Below are positions 53,831-61,628 of a stretch of 64,000 bases of DNA, piece by piece (within the stretch, counting starts at the first letter, position 1; each line of letters begins with the position of its first letter). Location: the NCBI GenBank assembly GCA_965248925.1, contig CBDFLE010000006.1:4832001-4896000 (forward strand), given 5' to 3'. Below the pieces are notes generated by a model. The model saw only the letters and a list, made by a program, of their open reading frames with translations, did not search any database and had not been told where the DNA came from. The stretch is from Candidatus Multivoradales bacterium. GTDB lineage: Bacteria; Acidobacteriota; Thermoanaerobaculia; Multivoradales; J023. The position numbers and the translations under genes were made by a program.

Positions 53831-56800
53831 ATGAACCTAGCCCGGTTTTCCATTGAGAAGAGCAGGATCACCGTCATGGTCCTGGCCACCATCGTCATCA
53901 TGGGATTGGTCACCTACGGCGGCCTTGCTCGCGACAGCATGCCGCCATACACCGTGCGAGTTGCCACGGTTGTTTCTTCTTTTCCGGGAGCAAGTCCCGA
54001 GCGGATAGAACAGCTGGTTACCGACAAGATAGAAAAAATTACCCAAGAACTGCCGGAGCTCAAAGAAGTCACGAGTACTTCGCGCACCGGCTTGTCGATT
54101 GTCTCCGTGACTCTCAAGAACGAAGTCGATCCGAAGCAGTTACAACCGGTCTGGGACCGCCTGCGCCGCAAGCTGCAGCAGATGGACGATCTGCCGTCCG
54201 GCGTCTCCCCCAGTCTCAAAGACGACGGCATCGGCGATGTCTACGGCATCGTCGTCGCGCTGACCAGCGATGGTTTTTCCTACGGCGAAATGAGGGACCG
54301 GGCAGATGAGCTGCGCAATGCGCTGATCAGACTCGAAAGTGCCGCCAAGGTCGAAATCGGTGGCATCCAAGACGAGCGAGTGTTCGTCGAGTTCGACAAC
54401 GCGTCCCTGCGCGAGTACAACCTCTCCGCAAGTATTTTGCAGAATTCGATCGGCGCCACGAACATCCTCAGTTCCGGCGGCCAGATCAATCTCGAAGACG
54501 AACGGATAGTCCTCGAGCCGACCGGTAACTTCAATGCCATCGACGACATCAAGAAAACTCTGGTTCCGGTCGGCGACGGTAGTCAGCTGGTCTATCTAGA
54601 AGACATCGCTACGGTGCGCAGAGGCTACGCCGACCCTCCGACGCAGCTCGTTCGGGTCAACGGCCGCGAGGCTTTGACCCTGCATGTGAACCTGAAGCGT
54701 GGCGCCAACATCATCACCCTGGGTCAGCAGGTCGACCTAGTGGTTGACGCCTGGGGGAGGCAGCTACCTATCGGCTTGGAGGTTCAGCGAGTAGCGTCAC
54801 AGGATCGCTACATCGATTCGAAGGTCAGTTCCTTCATTGTCAATCTGCTGCAAGCGATTGTCATCGTGCTGGTGGTGATGGTGCTGTTTCTCGGCCTGCG
54901 CACCGGGCTGGTGATTGCTAGCCTGATTCCGATTGTCACCATCATGACCCTGATGCTGATGGGAGTGCTTCACATCGGGCTCAATCAGGTGACGCTGGCT
55001 GCTTTGATCATGGCCTTGGGCATGATGGTCGACAACGCAATTGTCGTTGCCGAGTCGGTAGCGGTGAGGATGGAAGAAGGCGTTGCTCCCAAGCAAGCAG
55101 CGATCGATTCCTGTGCCGAATTGTTCACTCCGCTGCTGATCTCCACGTTGACCACCTGCGCGGCTTTCTTGGCTTTCTACCTGGCTGAGTCAGTGATGGG
55201 CGATATCGTGGGTCCCATTTTCGTGGTGATTTCGCTGGCGCTGCTGTCCTCGTGGCTAGTAGCGCTGACCGTAGTCACGATGTTCTGCTTTCTGTTTCTG
55301 CGCGCAAGTACTACTCAGAAGTCGAGCTTTGTCGACCGGGTGATTCTCAAGCTGAAAGCGATCTATAAGGACCTCATCCTGATGGCGTTGGCGCGCAAAT
55401 ACGTCGTGGTGGTGGGAGTCATGGGCCTCTTTGCCATTTCGCTGGTCGGATTCGGCTTGATCCCATTTGTGTTCTTCCCGGACAGCGATCGCAACCTGGT
55501 TACGGTAGATATCAATCTACCACTGGGTACTCGGATTGAACGAACGGCCGAGATCGTCGGCCAATTCGAGCAATTCATGGCGGAGTCGATGCGGGTCGAG
55601 GATGGGGATTCAGCCGGGGTCTTGGATTGGTCGTCCTTCATTGGCCAGGGGCCTGATTCGTACGACATGGGTTATTCTCCCGATGAGGCTAACTCCGGCT
55701 ACGCCCACTTATTGGTGACCACCTCCGCTTTCGAGCACAACAACGCCGTTGTTTCACGTCTCGACGATTTCGGCTTCAATGCATTTCCCAATGCCGATAT
55801 CAAGGTCGGCGTGCTGGGCTCGGGGGGCGGTGGCACGCCGATCGAGATCAAGGTGTCGGGCTCGGATCCTGATGTGTTGGCGCAGATTGCTGAGCAGGTC
55901 AAGCTGCGGCTCTCGGCGATCCGTGGCACCAAGAACGTCAAAGACGATTGGGGTCCCAAGAGCAAGAAATTCGTGGTAGCTATCGATCAATCAAGAGCCC
56001 AGGCCGCGGCGGTGACTAGTCAAGATATCGCCACCTCCTTGCGCACCGTGTTGGATGGGTTCAACACCGGTGAGTACCGTGAAGGTGACAAGTCCATTCC
56101 GATCTTGATGCGCAGCACCACCAGTCAGCAGCAAACCTTGGCGGCGCTCGAGACGATGAACGTTTTCGCTCAGAATAGCGGTGCGAGCGTGCCCTTGTTG
56201 CAAGTGGCCAAAGTGGTTCCAGAGTGGCAGTATTCGAGGATCAAACGCCTCGACTTGAATCGCACGGTGACGATCTCCAGCGAGTTGGTAGCGACCGGGA
56301 ATGCAGCCGAGGTGGCGGCTGAAATTACGCCGTTCCTTGACGAGGAAGCCAAGACTTGGCCAGCGGGCTACGGCTACGAGCTAGGCGGCGATGCGAAAAG
56401 CACGGCCGAGAACATGGGGGCCGTCGTCAAGTACCTGCCCCTCTCGGGGTTTATTATTGTTTTGTTGCTGATCATCCAATTCAACTCAGCGCGTAAAATG
56501 GTCATGGTGGTGATGACTATTCCGCTAGCCGTCATCGGCGTCGTAGTCGGCTTATTGGTGTTCCGCGAGCCCTTTGGTTTTATGCCTTTTCTCGGGGTGA
56601 TTTCTCTCGCTGGCATCGTCATCAACAATGCCATCGTCTTGCTGGACCGTATCCAGATCGAGCAGACGGAACTCAAACGCAACGAACAAGACGGCGTCAT
56701 CATGGCCTGCTTGCAACGGTTCCGGCCGATCATGCTGGCCACCTTCACCACCGTCTTTGGCCTCCTTCCTCTCTATTTGAGCGGCGGCGAAATGTGGGAG

Positions 56801-56935
56801 GGGATGGCGATTGGCATCATGGTGGGCCTGATGTTCGGCACGATCATCACCCTTGTTTTCATCCCGTCGCTGTATAGCATTCTGTTCAAAGTGGACTACC
56901 GTGGCTATCAGTTCGGAGATACCGAGTCCTCCTAG
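53831..56935 (+). CDS. RND efflux permease (AcrB/AcrD/AcrF family)
   Basis: PGASPE.IE, GMMVDNAIVV, INNAIVLLD, RFRPIML.T.TT..GL.PL; 12-TM layout. Confidence 0.95.
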   Translation: MNLARFSIEKSRITVMVLATIVIMGLVTYGGLARDSMPPYTVRVATVVSSFPGASPERIEQLVTDKIEKITQELPELKEVTSTSRTGLSIVSVTLKNEVDPKQLQPVWDRLRRKLQQMDDLPSGVSPSLKDDGIGDVYGIVVALTSDGFSYGEMRDRADELRNALIRLESAAKVEIGGIQDERVFVEFDNASLREYNLSASILQNSIGATNILSSGGQINLEDERIVLEPTGNFNAIDDIKKTLVPVGDGSQLVYLEDIATVRRGYADPPTQLVRVNGREALTLHVNLKRGANIITLGQQVDLVVDAWGRQLPIGLEVQRVASQDRYIDSKVSSFIVNLLQAIVIVLVVMVLFLGLRTGLVIASLIPIVTIMTLMLMGVLHIGLNQVTLAALIMALGMMVDNAIVVAESVAVRMEEGVAPKQAAIDSCAELFTPLLISTLTTCAAFLAFYLAESVMGDIVGPIFVVISLALLSSWLVALTVVTMFCFLFLRASTTQKSSFVDRVILKLKAIYKDLILMALARKYVVVVGVMGLFAISLVGFGLIPFVFFPDSDRNLVTVDINLPLGTRIERTAEIVGQFEQFMAESMRVEDGDSAGVLDWSSFIGQGPDSYDMGYSPDEANSGYAHLLVTTSAFEHNNAVVSRLDDFGFNAFPNADIKVGVLGSGGGGTPIEIKVSGSDPDVLAQIAEQVKLRLSAIRGTKNVKDDWGPKSKKFVVAIDQSRAQAAAVTSQDIATSLRTVLDGFNTGEYREGDKSIPILMRSTTSQQQTLAALETMNVFAQNSGASVPLLQVAKVVPEWQYSRIKRLDLNRTVTISSELVATGNAAEVAAEITPFLDEEAKTWPAGYGYELGGDAKSTAENMGAVVKYLPLSGFIIVLLLIIQFNSARKMVMVVMTIPLAVIGVVVGLLVFREPFGFMPFLGVISLAGIVINNAIVLLDRIQIEQTELKRNEQDGVIMACLQRFRPIMLATFTTVFGLLPLYLSGGEMWEGMAIGIMVGLMFGTIITLVFIPSLYSILFKVDYRGYQFGDTESS

Positions 56936-56954
56936 AGCGCCTGTTGGAGTAGCC

Positions 56955-57620
56955 ATGTGGTCAGAATCTCAGATCAAGCATACTGAAGGTTGGGGCTATC
57001 CCATCCTGCTGACCCTGCTGCTGGCAATGTTTGTGGTTCAGGCTTGGGCCAGCCATTTGGCGATGGGTGACGCCCTGGTGCAACTCACCTACAGCGCCAT
57101 CATTGTAGGTGCTTTGATCGTGGTCAAACTCAGGCGTTGGTTCATGGTTAGTGGACTGGCACTGGTTGTCATCGGTGTCGTTCTCGACCAGGTCGCAGGG
57201 ACCTCCGCAGATCCTGCCTCCGTACTGTCGAGCGGGTGTTCGCTAGCAGTGCTGCTGATCGTGATAGGTATTCTCTTGGCTGATGTGCTGCGGCATCCCC
57301 ATGTAACCGTGGGTACCATCAGCGGTTCGATTTGTGTCTTCGTCTTGATCGGCATTGCGTGGACGTTGATGTACACCATCGCGGACCAGCTCCTGCCGGA
57401 TGCCTTTCATGGCCTGGTGGCTGGGGAGGGCCAGCAGCGCTCTGGCGAGTTGTTCTACTTCAGCTTCGTGACTCTCACGACTCTCGGCTACGGTGACATC
57501 ACGCCAGCTCGTCCCGAGACGATGTCGCTGGCGACTCTCGAGGCCGTTGTTGGCCAGCTCTACCTGGTGGTGATGGTGGCTAGCTTCGTCGGCAGGCGGG
57601 GTGAGAAGGCCGTCAGGTAG
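56955..57620 (+). CDS. Potassium-channel family (Ion_trans_2) membrane protein
   Basis: YFSFVTLTTLGYGDITP selectivity filter; EA..GQ.Y. Confidence 0.9.
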   Translation: MWSESQIKHTEGWGYPILLTLLLAMFVVQAWASHLAMGDALVQLTYSAIIVGALIVVKLRRWFMVSGLALVVIGVVLDQVAGTSADPASVLSSGCSLAVLLIVIGILLADVLRHPHVTVGTISGSICVFVLIGIAWTLMYTIADQLLPDAFHGLVAGEGQQRSGELFYFSFVTLTTLGYGDITPARPETMSLATLEAVVGQLYLVVMVASFVGRRGEKAVR

Positions 57621-57913
57621 GCGCTTTTCAGAGCCTTTCGGCGGATTGGCGACATCCGCGCAAAGCTCGTCTGCAGGCATGCAATCGTCGCCGGCCCGGA
57701 CTTGCAACAGCTTGGTCCACGCAAAAGCCGGGCGAGAGCGTGTTCGTCACGACAGACCCAACGCGGGGATGTCCCCACGCCGGAGCCCAGCGCGCCGCTC
57801 TTCCCCCCACTTTCGCCACCCCAGACTCGAACCTACGCCGCCGTAACTGTTCGCTCTTTTTCACAGTCATTGACCAGGTTCAGCGCTGGATCTCGCGTCC
57901 TTTCTAAACGGAT

Positions 57914-58222
57914 GTGCTGACCTATGGCTTCAATATTAGAAGCTCGGCGACATGGGACAAGTACCTTTCGCCGCTTGCCGCGTCCGAATTCCATAGCACT
58001 CGGTTCTATATCGACTCGGGATTCGACACCGGCAAAGAGCCGTCGATCCAATACGTGGCCGGTCCTAACAACTATCTCACGACGACCGTCACGGCCACGC
58101 CGCGCTCTGATGTGACGCTCACTTACTACCTGCAAGTTTGCAAGCTCAAACTGAACAACGGGGTCATCGCGCCAGTTGGGGCTTACGGAATCGACCCAAC
58201 GATCACGATCAAGGCCGCCTAG
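57914..58222 (+). CDS. Hypothetical beta-rich protein or 3' gene fragment
   Basis: Protein-like composition ending in DPTITI; no RBS and an in-frame TAA just upstream. Confidence 0.35.
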   Translation: MLTYGFNIRSSATWDKYLSPLAASEFHSTRFYIDSGFDTGKEPSIQYVAGPNNYLTTTVTATPRSDVTLTYYLQVCKLKLNNGVIAPVGAYGIDPTITIKAA

Positions 58223-58227
58223 AAGCG

Positions 58228-59142
58228 TCAGGGTCGGAGTTCGCGACCGCTTGCCAGTGGGTCCATCAGGCTCAGCTGTGGCGCCGCGCCGGTTTGTGCG
58301 GCAAAGGCCAGCGGCAGGTCGGTGCTGTTGGCGCCTGCTATTGTGCTGCTGCCACTGATCGAGGCGTTGTCGTTACTCAGGAAATAGATGCCGGTCGCTG
58401 AGTCGTAGAAACCGAGGGTCACCGAGCCGCTGCTGTCCCAATCACCGGTGACTGGCTTGAGTTTTGTAGAACCGAGCACTAAATCCTGCACCAAGATTCC
58501 GGAGGGCTGCGTGAGCTGTAGATGAGCTCGGCCAGTGGCCGGATCGAAGAATGCCAGCTCGGTCTTGCCGTCGCCGTCTCAATCATCGTGGATCGCCGTC
58601 CAACCGATCAGGTCGAGTCCGCTGTCAAGTTCCAGGCATTCGAGTTTGCCGTGAGAGCCCTCGCAGAGCACAAAGCGGGAGAGGAAACTGGCGAATGCTG
58701 CGAGTTCTCCCGCCGGATCGTCATTCCAATCGCCAGCGATGGGCTGAAAGCGAACGCTGACCCGAATAGAGACCTGCGCCGCTAGCCGTAGGTGGCCATC
58801 GAGCCTGCTCTGCCAACTGTAGGTGAAGACATCGAAGCCGACGAAGCCGGCAGCTGGCTGATAGTAAAACTCTCCGCGACCGCCCCTCAACCTACCGTTT
58901 AGGGGACGGTCGATGATCACTATCGCCGCCGGATCTGAAGGCCCCTGGAAGTCGTTGTTGAGCAGGCGACTGCCACTGAACTCCAGGGGTACGTCGCTAG
59001 CGGTGACCAACAAATCGGCATTGACTGTCGGTTGGGACAGAAAATCGGACTTTGCAAGCTCTCCGGCAACTGGGTTTGCAAGACCGAGACAGACGACACC
59101 AAGACAAAATCCAGCAAGGGACTTCCGGAAATGAAACCTCAT
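58228..59142 (-). pseudogene. Secreted Ig-like (tandem-95/Big_9) plus GDWDGDG-repeat protein with an in-frame TGA at 58581-58579
   Basis: LLNND...P.NG.L...Y.P..GFVG.D.FTY; repeats AGDWN and TGDWD; the stop falls in HDD*DGDGKTE where Trp is expected; both ORFs share a frame. Confidence 0.75.
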
Positions 59143-59209
59143 GGTGACTCTCTCTAGTTGATGGTTTCAAGGCACTTCTTAGATTCCAATGCCGATGCAG
59201 AGGCGACAG

Positions 59210-60850
59210 CTACTGAATGTACGAGACCTTCTGCCAGGAGACATAGTCGTCGAACTCCAAGGAGCCCTGGGTGCCATCGTCGACCCCGAGGGCGCCGAAG
59301 TAGAAAATCTCCACCACCCGGCCGGTGTTCTGAATTCCCAGCGCTTCGTCGACGAAGACACCGTCAAGGAAGAGGCGCACGTAGCCATCGTCAACATCAC
59401 TGGCAGTGGCTGCCCGCCACCGCATCTCGACCAAATGCTCGCCGCGAGTCAGCTGTTGCCAGGCGGTCTTGGCGAGGACTCCGGCGTCATCTTTGGCGTC
59501 GGCGCGGATCTCGAAGTCGTTGCCCACCGGCTGCAAACGTAGGTGCAGGTGATTATTGGCGGCGGGGTCGTCCGCATAACCGATCAACAGGTGTAATTGG
59601 TCACCAGCGGCCATGATGAGTCCGGAGGTGTCGACGCTGAAGCGGGTGGACAACTCGGTCGCGTTGGTGGGGCCGGGTTCGCGCAGGTAGGCGCCCCAGC
59701 CCAGGGTGCCGTTGAGGCTGAGCACTAGGGTTTCGGCGGAGGGTGAGATCGAGACGCTGCCTGCCGCTTGGGTCACCGCTTCCCAGGCACTCAAGTCACC
59801 ATCGAAGTCTTCGGCCAATAGCAGGATCCACATCGGGCTGACGGTGCTGCGGGCGACTTTCAAATAGTCGACCATGATGTTCTGCTGGATGTAGGGGACC
59901 CCATCGAGCTGGCCGATGGCGAGGCCATTCATGGCTCCTCCTTCGAGATCTGTTGGCACCATCTCGAGCAGGGCGCGGTCATCGGCCCAGACTCGCAATA
60001 GCCCATCACCTAGGGTCGAAGCCTCCAGACGCAGGCGGCGGACACCTTGTTTGAGCACCGGGGCATTGTTGGGGTTGGTGAGCGCGTAGGTGCCCTCGCC
60101 ATCGATGTCGAAGCGTCCTTGCAGCACCGTCTTGTTCGAGGAGTAGCCCACCCGAACTTCGGCAATTGACTTGCCCTGCGGGTTGAGGGTGCTGAGCAGA
60201 GACCAAAAACCCGGATCCGGCGGCGTCACGATGCCGCCTCCTGGCGGCGGCGGAATGTCGATGGTGACGTGGATCTCGCCGCTCGAACCGTTGCCCTGTG
60301 GCACGCCATGATTTGGGATGCCGAGAGCTTCGGCGTCGAAGGAACCATGGCCTGGTGGTGAAACAGGAGTGACCTCGCGGTAGATGCCGAGCGCCCCAAC
60401 CATGGCGCCCGCGGCACTGATCTCCAGGGGGTCGCCGTGGGTGACCGGCAGCGGCTCGTTGTTCTCGAAGCTCGACACCAACACCAGGTTGTGATCGATC
60501 GCGACCAACAGCACGGTGACGTTGCCGGAACCGAGGCCGCCGCTCCAGCTGATCTCGAAGCGGTCGTGGCCGTGGCTCCAGAAGTCGAGAGCTGGGGAGA
60601 AGGCCAGCGAGCCGCCCGCCGGATCGACTTTGAGCGAGCCGTGGGTAGGGGCCTGCTCGACGGTGACTATGTCGGCGCTCATCGGCACTCCGGCGGCTGC
60701 CCAGGTAAAGTTGCTCGTGCCGGTCCGTTGTACCGAGAGCGGGCCGGTGGGCGCCGCCCCCACGGCAGCCGTTGCTAGCCAGCAGAGGCCCACGGCTAAC
60801 AGCCACCGCGCTGCTGGGTGAACTGGTGGATTGTGTTTGCAGTTCGTCAT
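59210..60850 (-). CDS. Secreted protein with an Ig-like domain and concanavalin/LamG-like domains
   Basis: GGAG RBS; signal peptide; PTHGSL...FSP..DF...DRF; SSFEN and EDFD starts; G..RLFLDG...FDDY. Confidence 0.65.
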   Translation of the reverse strand: MTNCKHNPPVHPAARWLLAVGLCWLATAAVGAAPTGPLSVQRTGTSNFTWAAAGVPMSADIVTVEQAPTHGSLKVDPAGGSLAFSPALDFWSHGHDRFEISWSGGLGSGNVTVLLVAIDHNLVLVSSFENNEPLPVTHGDPLEISAAGAMVGALGIYREVTPVSPPGHGSFDAEALGIPNHGVPQGNGSSGEIHVTIDIPPPPGGGIVTPPDPGFWSLLSTLNPQGKSIAEVRVGYSSNKTVLQGRFDIDGEGTYALTNPNNAPVLKQGVRRLRLEASTLGDGLLRVWADDRALLEMVPTDLEGGAMNGLAIGQLDGVPYIQQNIMVDYLKVARSTVSPMWILLLAEDFDGDLSAWEAVTQAAGSVSISPSAETLVLSLNGTLGWGAYLREPGPTNATELSTRFSVDTSGLIMAAGDQLHLLIGYADDPAANNHLHLRLQPVGNDFEIRADAKDDAGVLAKTAWQQLTRGEHLVEMRWRAATASDVDDGYVRLFLDGVFVDEALGIQNTGRVVEIFYFGALGVDDGTQGSLEFDDYVSWQKVSYIQ

Positions 60851-61025
60851 TTCTCTCTCCTTGGTCCCGAGCCCCGCCCCCAACAGGTGTGACTCCCTCT
60901 GCTCTAAAACGCGAAGTTTCGCCCTCAAACTTGCAATCTTTTTTATACTCCTGAACCATAATAGAATCGAGCGGGCGGACTGGCAACGAAAGCCCTCGTC
61001 CTATCGCTCACCGGGTCGACCCACG

Positions 61026-61628
61026 ATGGATTCCACACCCCCTAACAAGCCCAAGACACCTCCTGCCGAGCCGGTAGATCTCACCGAGCTGCTACTGGCT
61101 TGGGGAGAGGGCGACTCTGGGGCGCGGGACCAGTTGATGGCCGAGGTCAACGGCCAGTTGCGGGTGCAGGCCCGAGGCCAGTTGGCCCGCGAGCGTTCCG
61201 GCCACACTCTGCAGCCAACGGCGCTGGTCAACGAAGTCTATCTCCGCTTGGTCGATCGCGATCGGGTGCAGTGGCGCAATCGGGCCCATTTCTTTGGCTT
61301 TGCCGCCCAGACCATGCGACGGATCTTGGTCGATCACGCGCGGATCAGGAACGCCCAGAAGCGGGGGGCGGGGTGGGTGGTGGTGGCGCTCGAAGATGTT
61401 GGCGAGATCGCCCAGAAGTCGACCGTGGATTTGTTGGCCCTCGACGACCTGCTGGCGGTACTCGCCGCCCGCAGTCGGCGCCAGGCCAAGATCGTCGAGC
61501 TGCGCTTTTTCGGCGGCCTGACCCTTGAGGAAACTGCCGCTGTCCTCGGTATCAGCGCCTCACTGGTGAGCAGCGATTGGACTTTGGCCAGAACCTGGCT
61601 CTACCGTGAGCTGCGCGGCGAGTCGTGA
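61026..61628 (+). CDS. ECF sigma factor of the kinase-associated type (ECF43-like)
   Basis: LTELL.AW..GD..ARDQL, HTLQPTALVNE.YLRL, NRAHFF..AA..MRRILVDHAR, VELRFFGGL, DW..AR.WL. Confidence 0.93.
   Translation: MDSTPPNKPKTPPAEPVDLTELLLAWGEGDSGARDQLMAEVNGQLRVQARGQLARERSGHTLQPTALVNEVYLRLVDRDRVQWRNRAHFFGFAAQTMRRILVDHARIRNAQKRGAGWVVVALEDVGEIAQKSTVDLLALDDLLAVLAARSRRQAKIVELRFFGGLTLEETAAVLGISASLVSSDWTLARTWLYRELRGES

Noticed and set aside
11222-58581. Stop-codon recoding (pyrrolysine, selenocysteine or alternative code)
   Set aside because: All three stop types occur internally, all three also end intact genes, and the same region shows IS insertions and deletions; decay is the simpler explanation.
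60006-60986. 326-aa alternative-frame ORF, representative of the many Arg/Pro/Ala-rich ORFs in the track
   Set aside because: Frame shadows of real genes, expected at high GC.
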